DNA of 64,000 nt, from positions 3,618 through 67,617 of the forward strand of contig CAYWZQ010000009.1 in the NCBI GenBank assembly GCA_964462875.1, written 5' to 3'. Positions 19,218 through 28,902 of the stretch are shown one piece after another. The stretch comes from an uncultured Nitrososphaerota archaeon (GTDB lineage: Archaea; Thermoproteota; Methanomethylicia; Culexarchaeales; Culexmicrobiaceae). Position 1 is the stretch's first letter. Each line of letters starts with the position of its first letter. Position numbers and translations under genes: made by a program. Under the pieces are notes generated by a model, which did no database searches, had not been told where the DNA came from, and saw nothing but the letters and a program-made list of their open reading frames with translations.

Positions 19218-20822
19218 ATGGAGTATGATATTCTCATAACTGGCGGGAGAATTATTGATGGAACGGGCAATCCATGGTTTAGAGCTGATATTGGAATTAA
19301 GAATGGCAAAATAGTTTCAATTGGTAAGTTAAGCGGAGAGGAAGCTAAAGAGGTAATTTCAGCTGAAAAATTAATCGTTTGCCCAGGATTTATAGATATA
19401 CATAGTCATTCGGACTTCACACTATTAGTAAATCCTAGAGCAGAAAGTAAGGTGAGGCAGGGAGTAACTACCGAGATCATCGGAAACTGCGGAAGTTCAG
19501 CTGCACCCATACTAGGTCAATTAAGAGATGAAATGAGCAGAGTAGCTGAAAGATATGGCATAAAAATAGATTGGACTTACATGGGCGAGTACCTGAGAAA
19601 GCTAGAGGAAAATGGAATAGCAGTTAATGTGGCAACATATGTTGGATTTGCAAATATAAGAGTAGCGGTCATGGGTTATGAAAATAGGGAGCCAAACAAA
19701 GAGGAACTTGAGGAAATGAAGAGCTTAGCTGCAAGGTCAATGGATGAGGGAGCAATTGGCCTCTCAACAGGTTTACGATATGATCCCCAATCTTATGCAA
19801 AAACCAGTGAAATAATTGAGATAGCAAAAGTAGTGGCGGAGAAGGGAGGAATATATGCTTCACATATTAGAGATGAGGGAGATAGAGGACTACTACTTGA
19901 AGCTATTAAAGAAGCTATTGAAATAGGTGAAAAAGCAAACATACCGGTTCAAATCTCTCATCTTAAAATACTGGCAAAACCATTATGGGATAAGTGTGAT
20001 GAAATGCTGAGAATAATTGAAGAAGCCAGGGAGCGAGGCATCGACGTCACAGCAGATCAATATCCGTACAATGCCAGCGGAACCTCCTTATTGGCATGGA
20101 TACCGAAATGGGCCCATGAAGGAGGAAGAGAAAAACTGCTTGAGAGGCTGGAGAATAAGGAGATGAGAGCTAAAATTAAAGAGGAATTGGTGAGAGTAAT
20201 GGAACTACGTGGAGGGCCGGAAAGAGCCCTAATATCACGCTTTGAGGCCGATCCAGCACTAGAAGGATTAACAGTAAAGCAAGTGGCAGATAAGTGGAAA
20301 ACTTCACCAGATGAAGCTGCAATGAGACTGGTGGAAATTGCAGTTAAGAGAGAATCATCATTAGGAATCATAAACTTCAATCAATCAGAAGAAAACATAG
20401 TCAAGATAATGAAAAAGCCATGGGTCATGATTTCAACGGATGGATATGCATTAGCACCATATGGTATTCTAAGCAAGGGAGTACCGCATCCAAGAAGCTA
20501 TGGAACATACCCGAGAGTTCTAAGCAAATATGTGAGAAAAGAAAAAATATTAACTTTGGAAGAAGCAATTAGAAAAATGACTTCCCTACCAGCAAGTAAG
20601 CTGAGATTTTTCGATAGAGGAATCATTAGACCTGGATTCTGGGCAGATATCGTAATATTTGATCCCAAAAAAGTAGTGGACAAAGCAGATTACATGAACC
20701 CAAAGCAGTATCCTGAAGGCATAAAGTATGTTATTGTAAATGGAGTAATAGTAATTAGAGAAGGCGAACATACCGGAGAATTGCCTGGAAAAGTTCTTAG
20801 AAGAAAAAGAGAAGAGACATAA
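19218..20822 (+). CDS. N-acyl-D-amino-acid deacylase (D-aminoacylase)
   Basis: PGFIDIHSHSD, QGVTT..GNCG, SHIRDE, SHLK, ADQYPY, PHPRSYG. Confidence 0.9.
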   Translation: MEYDILITGGRIIDGTGNPWFRADIGIKNGKIVSIGKLSGEEAKEVISAEKLIVCPGFIDIHSHSDFTLLVNPRAESKVRQGVTTEIIGNCGSSAAPILGQLRDEMSRVAERYGIKIDWTYMGEYLRKLEENGIAVNVATYVGFANIRVAVMGYENREPNKEELEEMKSLAARSMDEGAIGLSTGLRYDPQSYAKTSEIIEIAKVVAEKGGIYASHIRDEGDRGLLLEAIKEAIEIGEKANIPVQISHLKILAKPLWDKCDEMLRIIEEARERGIDVTADQYPYNASGTSLLAWIPKWAHEGGREKLLERLENKEMRAKIKEELVRVMELRGGPERALISRFEADPALEGLTVKQVADKWKTSPDEAAMRLVEIAVKRESSLGIINFNQSEENIVKIMKKPWVMISTDGYALAPYGILSKGVPHPRSYGTYPRVLSKYVRKEKILTLEEAIRKMTSLPASKLRFFDRGIIRPGFWADIVIFDPKKVVDKADYMNPKQYPEGIKYVIVNGVIVIREGEHTGELPGKVLRRKREET

Positions 20823-20831
20823 CTCAACTAT

Positions 20832-22798
20832 TTATTTTTTCAAGTATTCATCCAACCACTTCACTATATGCTTTAATCTCTCAATCCTATGCTTGGGCTT
20901 ACCAGTTCTCGATAGATCATGATTCTCCTTGGGTATTAATACTAATCGCACTTCCTTTCCAAGCCATTTTAATGCCGTAAAGAATTGCAGTGCCTGCTCA
21001 TAATAACACCTTAAATCTTCAATGCTATGAATAATCAGCAGAGGAGTTGATGCATGCTCGGCATAAGTTATTGGAGACTTCTCAATCATCTTCATAATAT
21101 TTTCCCTCGTCAATGGCCTTTCCTTCAAGTCTCCGAGTATATGATCAAGCGTAAACCAGTAGCCTATATCGCTCACACCATAAAAGCTAAACCAGTTTGA
21201 AATACCCCGCATACTTATCGCTGCTCTAAATTTATCTGTATGCGTCACTATCCAATTTACCATAAATCCACCATAGGATCCACCTGCAACTCCAATTCTA
21301 TCTTCATCAATGAAATCATAGGTCTTTAATACGTATTCAAGTCCCTCCATCAAATCTTGGTAGTCTCTCTCACCATAGCGACCGCGTATGTCTGCAAATT
21401 CCTCACTATAACCATCACTCCCCCTAGGATTCATATAAATGAGCACGTATCCCTTGGCGGCTATCAAGTGAAATTCATGTATAAATGAATAGCCATAGGC
21501 AGTTTTGGGGCCTCCATGAATGTATAATAGCGCAGGATTTTTTGCCTCACACTTCGGTGGCTTCAAAATCCATCCATCTATTTCAACTCCATCGCTAGCC
21601 TTAAATTTAAACCTCATAGGCTTGGATAATTCAATTTCAGCAAGTAGATTAGTATTGAAACTGGTAATTTTTCGCTCGCCACTTTCTTCATCCCAAACAT
21701 ATAGTTCTGGCGGCTCGATTGCAGTCATCGAAGTATATGCCAAGAAGTGCTTACCATTAACTTCAACGCCGGAGAATGCCTCAATGCTTCGCTCACCGCT
21801 TGTCACAACTTCAATTTCCCTTGAATCAAACTTCATTCTATATAAGTTAACTGAACCTCCACTGTGAATTACGAAGTAAATGTAGTTTCCAATCCATATT
21901 GGACCATGCTCTCTACCAGGACCCCTAACATCGCTATTAAGAGTATTCAGGGTATTCCTGTCAATATTAGCAGTTAAGTCCGTTAATTCGCCACCATTTG
22001 ATGAAACCACATATATGTGGCGATGAGATATCGTTCCCCTTCTAAAATCATGGCCTCTGAAAACTAGGTACTTATCGTCTGGACTCCATGAGACATGATC
22101 AATGCTCATATTCGACTTTGTTAATTTCAAGTGCTCTTGAGTTTTAAAGTCATAAATGAATAAGTCAGTTATGAATGGCTTTGAATCATCCAGTTTAGCT
22201 ATATAAGCCACTTTACTACCATCATGACTGACGGAAATATAGTTCACATCTAAGTCACCCTTAGTTAACTGTACAAGTTCTCCAGTGAGAGCATTTACTA
22301 AGTACATGTGCTGCCTTAATGAGTGAATGAAACCCTTTCCATTGAACCAGTAAAGAAGCCTCTCAATCACCTTAACATCTTCTTGAATTTCACCTTCACT
22401 AGTCAATAACACCATTTCCTTTTCATTGGGAAGCCACTCCACTTGCGTAATTGGGTTCTTTACCTTAACAACTAATCGCGGCTCTCCACCTTCAATTCTT
22501 GAAATCCAAAGCTCACTGCCCCGCTCCTCTTTCTTCAATGTCCTACGCGATGTAAACGCAATATATTTTCCCGATGAACTCCATCTAGGACTGACATCCT
22601 TTGGCCCGTTAGTTAAACTGTACACTTCATTTTTATTTAAATCAGCAATCCACACTCGATTAACATATTCATCGGCCTCCAAATCCATTTTAGAAGCCAC
22701 GAAAGCTATCTTGTCACCTTTAGGGGAAATTCGTGGATCTGAAACCATAACTATTTTAGCTAGATCTTCAAAATCCATCGGGCGAGACATGGCTATCA
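20832..22798 (-). CDS. S9 family acylaminoacyl/dipeptidyl peptidase
   Basis: Beta-propeller repeats, IHGGP, nucleophile GGSYGG, D(L)RC and ENH; probable start 22798 or 22789 (track ORF extends to 22853). Confidence 0.92.
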
Positions 22799-22967
22799 TT
22801 AAAGAGTAAGTGTTGGGAGCATTTATAGGTTTATGTAATTCCTTGAAATGCACAACATCGATTATGGAACATCACTGAAAATTTGACGGTCATTGTTAAG
22901 TAACTTAGAATATATTAAATTAGGCGTTAATGATCATATAGTAGTGATTGAGATGGCTAATGGGATA

Positions 22968-23023
22968 TGCTCAGCAGGGTGTGTAGTCATCATAGATCAG
23001 ATACTGGCGGCCTCATCATCATA
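22968..23023 (-). ncRNA. Archaeal C/D-box 2'-O-methylation guide sRNA
   Basis: Minus strand reads ATGATGA-GGCCGCCAGTAT-CTGA-TCT-ATGATGA-CTACACACCCTG-CTGA: perfect C, D', C' and D boxes with two 12-nt guides, intergenic. Confidence 0.9.
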
Positions 23024-23085
23024 ATGTAGTGACTGAGTAAATAGACTTAAATTTATCTTTAAACCTAAGTCAAAATAGCTCGGCA

Positions 23086-23928
23086 ATGAAGCTGATAGGT
23101 AAAGCCATTAAAACCAAGTACTGGCTACCAGGAGAAGATTTTGAAAAATACATTGTCGCTGTAGCAGAAAGAGTCGCCGAAAACGGAGATATAATAGTTA
23201 TTTCGGAGAAAGCAATATCAGTTGCACTCGGCAATTTGATAGATGAATCTCAAATTAAACCATCCAAGTTTTCGATGATAATAACTTATATACTCATGAG
23301 AATTCTATGGGCTTGGATCCTTGGACCCCTTTGCAGATTCAAGTTAAAAACCATAAATTTCCTAAGGACCTACCCCATTAAAGAGGGAGCTGCACATAAG
23401 CAAATATGCCTTAAAATTGCAGGTCCAATGCAGGCGTTAAAGCATTACTCCGAAGGAGGAATAGATCTAACCAATGTTCCATACAGCTATGCATGTCTTC
23501 CACTTAAAGAAGCTCAAAAAATAGCCGACCAAATAAGAAGGAGAGTTAAAGAGGAAACTGGCAAGAATATTGGAATACTAATTGTTGACAGCGATAAGTC
23601 GTATTCATTTAGGAGGTTGCACATAACATCTAGACCGAACGCTATTAAGGGGATAAAGCCGTTTATGGGAATACTAGCATTCTTGATAGGAAGAGCACTA
23701 AGATGGAAAATTAGGGCAACACCAATAGCAGCTTCAGGAGTTAATTTGACAGTTGATGAAATACTAGATATAGCCGACTTCGCGGATAAGGTTAGGGGGA
23801 GTGGGGCAGGTCCTACTGCATGGGAGATAGCTGAAAGATTTGGCGTTGGGCCAGATGAAGTTACTTGGAAAATGCTTCTATCAGTAAAGCATAAACCAAT
23901 AGTGGTTGTAAGAATATTGCGAAAATGA
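23086..23928 (+). CDS. CofE-like F420-0:gamma-glutamyl ligase family protein
   Basis: GDIIVISEKAIS, GGIDLTNV, ILIVDSD, final PIVVVR; inside the F420/H4MPT cluster. Confidence 0.72.
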   Translation: MKLIGKAIKTKYWLPGEDFEKYIVAVAERVAENGDIIVISEKAISVALGNLIDESQIKPSKFSMIITYILMRILWAWILGPLCRFKLKTINFLRTYPIKEGAAHKQICLKIAGPMQALKHYSEGGIDLTNVPYSYACLPLKEAQKIADQIRRRVKEETGKNIGILIVDSDKSYSFRRLHITSRPNAIKGIKPFMGILAFLIGRALRWKIRATPIAASGVNLTVDEILDIADFADKVRGSGAGPTAWEIAERFGVGPDEVTWKMLLSVKHKPIVVVRILRK

Positions 23929-24905
23929 GTATGAAAATAGAACACCTTGTAGAGGAGGAATTGAGGAGAGACGAGAACCTGCTTAGAATACTTAAAGAGA
24001 CCCCTGCAGTTGTTGGAGAATTTAGCAATAGAAATCTTTGGGAAAGCTCTCTCAAGCTAATAATCATTTTCAGTGGGGACTATGGGTTAAGAGTATTAGA
24101 AAACATGCTTAATAGTACTGGTCACTGCATTAGCTGCGGTCATTTATGCATTGATAAGCAATGTAAATATGGAAAGTACAGCTTTGCAGACAACATAGTC
24201 GCAGTATATGAAGTACCTCCGCCTAATGAGCTACCTGAAGTAATTGATGATCCACTCAAATACTTGCCAAGCAAGCTTCCAAAAGCTGACTTAGCTTTAG
24301 CTACAGGGCTTCATAGCGATCTATACTTAGAGCTGCCGGAAATCTTGCAGAAAAGCAACATTGATGCACTCATAGTTTTCCGTGAAGATCCGAGAGATGC
24401 ACCTAGAGGGTTGGTTTCAGAGTTGAGAGATAAATGCAGTGAATATGGAATAGAATTTGAAGCACCAAAACCCTCATGCACTCTCAGACCGAGTAATAAG
24501 CAAGTGATAGACAGATTCATAAGAGAATTCAGAATGGGAAAACCACTGCTTAAACTTGACATAGCTGAGATTGGAAATTTAAGGAAAATAACATCTGTGA
24601 AAGTTTATGTGTCAGCTCCATGCGGAACAACATGGTATGTTGCGAGACAAATGCTAAATTATGAAATTAGCTCACTTAATGAGATAGAGCTCAGAAAAAT
24701 GTATGACTTCATAGCATTACACCACCACGCCGCTCCATGTATTGGTTCAATGAGCTATGACCCTGAACTTGGAGATACAATTCTTCACTGGGGTTCATAT
24801 ATTGAGAGAGAAGCATATTTGAGAGCTTTAGGGTTAATTGATGAGCTTAGAAAAACTGTTCAAGAGAGACTTAGGAGGAAAGTGCCATGCACTATTCTAC
24901 AGTGA
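23925..24905 (+). CDS. DUF166-like protein, copy 1
   Basis: GDYGLR, LPEVIDDP, GLHSDL, PKPSC, SAPCGTTWYVA, PCIGSM..DTILH; extra CxxCxxxCxxxxC insert. Confidence 0.7.
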   Translation: MSMKIEHLVEEELRRDENLLRILKETPAVVGEFSNRNLWESSLKLIIIFSGDYGLRVLENMLNSTGHCISCGHLCIDKQCKYGKYSFADNIVAVYEVPPPNELPEVIDDPLKYLPSKLPKADLALATGLHSDLYLELPEILQKSNIDALIVFREDPRDAPRGLVSELRDKCSEYGIEFEAPKPSCTLRPSNKQVIDRFIREFRMGKPLLKLDIAEIGNLRKITSVKVYVSAPCGTTWYVARQMLNYEISSLNEIELRKMYDFIALHHHAAPCIGSMSYDPELGDTILHWGSYIEREAYLRALGLIDELRKTVQERLRRKVPCTILQ

Positions 24906-25828
24906 GAAGTGAAGAAGAGGGAATTCAAGAGTTAATGAAGTTACCGGGCATTTCAGTTGGAAGAGAGAGTAACGAGGTTTTAAGGAGTAATATGAAGATT
25001 TGCTTAATAATCTCCAATGATTATGGAGAGAAAATAGTCGAGAATTTAATGAATAGAAGGGGACACTGCAATATATGCTTAGAAAAGTGTATTGGAAAGC
25101 TCTGCAAGTATGGTAAATACGACTTCACACACAATATTCACATAATTAGGGTACCGAGTATTCATGAGTTACCCGAAGTATTGGATGAGCCAGAGAAAAT
25201 ATTGGAGAATAAAATACCTGAGGTAGATCTAGTTATAGCAATGGGTATTCATAATGATTTGTATTTAGCTTTGCCAGAAATTCTCCATAAAAAGGGGATT
25301 AGAGCCCTCATAATCTTCAGAGGGAGCCCATTAGATGCACCTCCAGGAGTTGTAAGGGAAGTCATAGAGCAATGCAATGAGTTTAAAATAGAAGTTGAAA
25401 CTGTGAAGCCACCATGCCTTCTGACACCCAAGAAAAGCAAACCAGTCATAAGCAAATTCATTAAAGAATTCAGAATTGGATATCCAGTACTGGAAGTTAA
25501 AGTAGTGAAGATGGGAAGTAGAGCTAAAATTGAAGGAATTGAAGTGAAGACATCGACACCATGTGGTGCTACTTGGTATATTGCGAGAATGATGCTAGGT
25601 TATGAAGTTAATTTAGAGGACGAGAAGTCCGTAATGGAGATGTGCAGATACGTCGCATCATTACTTCAATCATATTGCATTGCATCATCAGCGTGCGATT
25701 ACGAGTTAGGCGACACGGTGATTCACTGGGCAACCTACATTAGCATAGAATCCTATTTGAGAGCTTTAAACTTGAAAAAGGAATTGAAATATTTTGTTAA
25801 AGAAAGAATTAGGAGAAAAATTACTTGA
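24887..25828 (+). CDS. DUF166-like protein, copy 2
   Basis: Colinear with copy 1: DYGEK, GHCNICLEKCIGKLCKYGKY, GIHNDL, KPPC, TPCGATWYIA, DTVIHW. Confidence 0.7.
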   Translation: MHYSTVRSEEEGIQELMKLPGISVGRESNEVLRSNMKICLIISNDYGEKIVENLMNRRGHCNICLEKCIGKLCKYGKYDFTHNIHIIRVPSIHELPEVLDEPEKILENKIPEVDLVIAMGIHNDLYLALPEILHKKGIRALIIFRGSPLDAPPGVVREVIEQCNEFKIEVETVKPPCLLTPKKSKPVISKFIKEFRIGYPVLEVKVVKMGSRAKIEGIEVKTSTPCGATWYIARMMLGYEVNLEDEKSVMEMCRYVASLLQSYCIASSACDYELGDTVIHWATYISIESYLRALNLKKELKYFVKERIRRKIT

Positions 25829-26813
25829 ATATTGGGATCACTCTTCTACTAAATAGGTCTATTGACTTCCTAACATTTGGACCTATAGGTGACCCTGCAA
25901 CTATCTGCGTTACACCTATTCTGGCTAACTCCTCTATCCTCTTAATGCACATGTCTGGTGTTCCCGTTATTGAGAAGGCATCTATCATCTTCTTGGTAAC
26001 CATTGAAAACGCATCTTTCCATCTAGCTTCGCTCAGTGCTTTCTTAATTTCATTTGCCTCACTAACACTTATTCCATGCCTTTCAAGTATGAACTCTGGA
26101 CTTCCAGCGACAATGAATGCTACAACTCTTGAAGCGGCTTTCATCGCTCTATCCAGATCATCATCTATTGATAGTGAAGTGTATGCGGCAATTTCAATTT
26201 CTTCAATTGACTTGCCAGCTGCCTTAACTCCCTTCTCAATATGCTTCATTGCCTCCTGTATGTCTTTGGGATGTGAAGCGTTTATTAAAACGCCATCACC
26301 ATACTTTGCAGCTATTCTAAGCATTTGAGGCCCTTGAGCTCCAATGTAGATTGGTATTTTACCTGCAACTTTGAAGTTAAATCTTGCCTTCGGAATTCTA
26401 AATACTTTGCCCTCAAATTCAACACTACCCTTCTCAAATAACTGCCTAGCTATCAAGACACATTCCTTCACAGCAGCCACCGGCAACTTCATTTCCACAC
26501 CTAAACTTTCCAATGTAGTCTTGTCTCCTGGACCGACTCCGAGTATTACTCTATTGGGAGCAATTTCACTTAATGAAGCCACTGCTTGAGATGTCATTAC
26601 TGGATTCACGAGGTATGGGTTTGTTACACCTATTCCCAACCTGATTTTGCTTGTGTGTAGAGCTATTGATGTGAGCGTAACGTATACATTTCTATTATTA
26701 TAGTGGTCTGTAACCCATATGTTTTCAAAGCCTCTTTTCTCTGCTTGTATTGCATAAAATGTTGTTTTCCAGAAGGGTTCATAAGGTACGAATTCAATGC
26801 CAAACTTAACCAT
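25821..26813 (-). CDS. mer: F420-dependent 5,10-methylene-H4MPT reductase
   Basis: KFGIEFVP, WVTDHYNNRNVY, GVTNPY, GPGDK, GAQGP, INASHP, AGSPIGP. Confidence 0.95.
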   Translation of the reverse strand: MVKFGIEFVPYEPFWKTTFYAIQAEKRGFENIWVTDHYNNRNVYVTLTSIALHTSKIRLGIGVTNPYLVNPVMTSQAVASLSEIAPNRVILGVGPGDKTTLESLGVEMKLPVAAVKECVLIARQLFEKGSVEFEGKVFRIPKARFNFKVAGKIPIYIGAQGPQMLRIAAKYGDGVLINASHPKDIQEAMKHIEKGVKAAGKSIEEIEIAAYTSLSIDDDLDRAMKAASRVVAFIVAGSPEFILERHGISVSEANEIKKALSEARWKDAFSMVTKKMIDAFSITGTPDMCIKRIEELARIGVTQIVAGSPIGPNVRKSIDLFSRRVIPIFK

Positions 26814-26819
26814 GAATCA

Positions 26820-27095
26820 TCAACCCCCAATTAGCTCAGCTAATTTAGAAAATTCTAATTCATTTAACTTGCTAGCAGCTTTCTCCGGTTCAATTTTCTT
26901 CGCAATATTAAGGAGGAACTCCAACCCATTAATGGTTGTAAACTTATCCTCCTGCCATAATCTTAGAAATGTTTTCGCCTCCTCGCTATCTATTTCATGG
27001 GACTTTTTTGATGATAGTATAACGTCTATTAAGGCTAAAGCAGCTTTGCGCCTACTACTCTTCGTCATTTCTCTAATTACATCTTTGATAACCAT
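26820..27095 (-). CDS. Hypothetical protein upstream of mer
   Basis: 91-aa ORF, SD-like GGGGGT upstream, 6 nt from the mer start. Confidence 0.65.
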   Translation of the reverse strand: MVIKDVIREMTKSSRRKAALALIDVILSSKKSHEIDSEEAKTFLRLWQEDKFTTINGLEFLLNIAKKIEPEKAASKLNELEFSKLAELIGG

Positions 27096-27186
27096 TTACG
27101 AAACCCCCTAGAGAATTGATTTATACTGCTTAAATAGATAACTAAAGGGAAGCTTTGATTGCTATGTAATGGCGGGTTGAATTAAA

Positions 27187-27996
27187 TTGAAAATAGCTAT
27201 AACTGGCAAGGGTGGAGTTGGGAAAACAACAATTGCAGGTACACTTGCGAGGTTATTTGGTAGAACAGGCTTTAAAGTTATAGCTGTTGATGCAGATCCT
27301 AACACTAATCTAGCTTACACGCTTGGACTATCACATAGTATTGCATCTAAAATTCAGCCTCTAGCAGTTAATAGGAGACTTCTAAAAGAGCGTATGGAAG
27401 TTTATCCAGGAAGCCTTGATCAGGGATTCTTTAAGCTTTACCCTAAGGTTGATGACATAGTTGATACTTATGGTGTCAAGTGCCCGGATAACGTTACGCT
27501 CTTAGTTATGGGTACAGTTAGAGATGGAGGAACGGGATGTCTATGTCCAGCTCATGCACTTATGCGTGCAATATTAAGACACTTAATTTTAAAGACAAAC
27601 GAAATAGTAATTCTTGATATGGAAGCGGGGATAGAGCATTTAGCGAGAGGGACTGCGAGAGGTGTGGATTTAATGATAACTGTTGTCGAGCCGAATATGA
27701 AGGCAATAGATACTGCATGTAGAATTAAGAAGTTAGCATATGATATTGAAGTGAAGAGAGTTGCAGCAGTAGGTAATAAGGTTTCGTGTGAGGAAGAGAA
27801 GAGGTTTATTGAGGAAAGTTTAAAGTCAACTAAGCTTGAACTGCTCCAATTAATACCCTACGATGAACATGTAAAAATTGCCGATATGAAGAGAGCTTCA
27901 ATATTAGACTTGTACCCCAACTCACCGGTTGTAAAGGCAATTGAGGAATTGAGGAATAAGATAGTTGAAGTTATTTGGAGGAACCCTTCAACTTAA
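27187..27996 (+). CDS. cooC: CooC/AcsF nickel-insertion ATPase
   Basis: GKGGVGKT, DADP, GCLCP, DMEAGIEHLARG. Confidence 0.92.
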   Translation: MKIAITGKGGVGKTTIAGTLARLFGRTGFKVIAVDADPNTNLAYTLGLSHSIASKIQPLAVNRRLLKERMEVYPGSLDQGFFKLYPKVDDIVDTYGVKCPDNVTLLVMGTVRDGGTGCLCPAHALMRAILRHLILKTNEIVILDMEAGIEHLARGTARGVDLMITVVEPNMKAIDTACRIKKLAYDIEVKRVAAVGNKVSCEEEKRFIEESLKSTKLELLQLIPYDEHVKIADMKRASILDLYPNSPVVKAIEELRNKIVEVIWRNPST

Positions 27997-28321
27997 TCCA
28001 TAACTCCCTAACCATGTTCGATCCCATGGACTTAACTTCCTCCCATAAATGCTCAACCTCTTCACTGTATCTTCCACTCTTAATACACTCCTCATACTTA
28101 CTTAAGAAGCTGAACACAAGCCCTATCATAGGATGCTTGAAGAGCTGCAATTGCTCTTTCATAACATTAACTTCACGGATAATTGCTGATTCAACAACCT
28201 TCTCGTCACCTATAATATCTCTCAGAATAACGTTTCCATTACTGAACTTTGCGTATACAATGTCTGTCCCTACATCCTCAATTGAATCAATGCTCTTAGA
28301 TATCACCTTAAACTCGCACAT
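27971..28321 (-). CDS. cooT: CooT-like nickel chaperone with C-terminal helical extension
   Basis: Starts MCEFKV (Cys2); beta-rich ..VILRDIIGDEK..IREVNV typical of CooT; about 55 extra C-terminal residues. Confidence 0.7.
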   Translation of the reverse strand: MCEFKVISKSIDSIEDVGTDIVYAKFSNGNVILRDIIGDEKVVESAIIREVNVMKEQLQLFKHPMIGLVFSFLSKYEECIKSGRYSEEVEHLWEEVKSMGSNMVRELWIKLKGSSK

Positions 28322-28353
28322 GCAAATCACCAAAAATAGACACCATTCACCGC

Positions 28354-28383
28354 TTAAATTTTTAGCGATAGCTAAAAATTTAA
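28354..28383. promoter_or_regulatory. Perfect 13-bp inverted repeat in the divergent cooT/fwdH promoter
   Basis: TTAAATTTTTAGC-GATA-GCTAAAAATTTAA. Confidence 0.65.
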
Positions 28384-28437
28384 TACGATGTTATGTAAAA
28401 TCCCTATGAGAGAAGGTAAAGTGCAGGGTTGTGGGAT

Positions 28438-28902
28438 ATGGTTAAACTCAATCCAATGCAGATATTCAAACTGCTACCAAGAACAAATTGTAAAAAATGT
28501 GGTTATACGTGTATGGCATTTGCAGTTAAGCTTCTACAGAAAGAAGTTAGACTGGAGGATTGCGAGCCACTCTTCACGGATCCAAAGTATTCTAGTAACC
28601 TCGAGAAGCTGAAAGAGCTATTAAAACCTCTATTTGAAGCTGCTGAGACATTGATTAAAATCGATGAAGAGAAGTGCATTGGATGCGGTAATTGCATAAT
28701 TGCATGCCCAGCTAATGTTAGTATTGACCCTGAAGTAGGTAGAGGCATTAATCCGGTTAATGAGGAGGTAGTGTTCACCGTAATTGATGGTAAAATTAAG
28801 GTTTTAAACCTTGAGAAGTGTCGAAGATATCCTCCCCATAGAATGAACTGTAGGATATGTGAGGAAGTTTGCTTTAGTGGAGCTATTAAGGTGGTTGCAT
28901 GA
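28438..28902 (+). CDS. fwdH: FwdH-like Fe-S protein (CdhE-type Fe-S domain + 2x[4Fe-4S])
   Basis: LPRTNCKKCGYTCMAFA..C, then CIGCGNCIIACP and CRICEEVC. Confidence 0.7.
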   Translation: MVKLNPMQIFKLLPRTNCKKCGYTCMAFAVKLLQKEVRLEDCEPLFTDPKYSSNLEKLKELLKPLFEAAETLIKIDEEKCIGCGNCIIACPANVSIDPEVGRGINPVNEEVVFTVIDGKIKVLNLEKCRRYPPHRMNCRICEEVCFSGAIKVVA

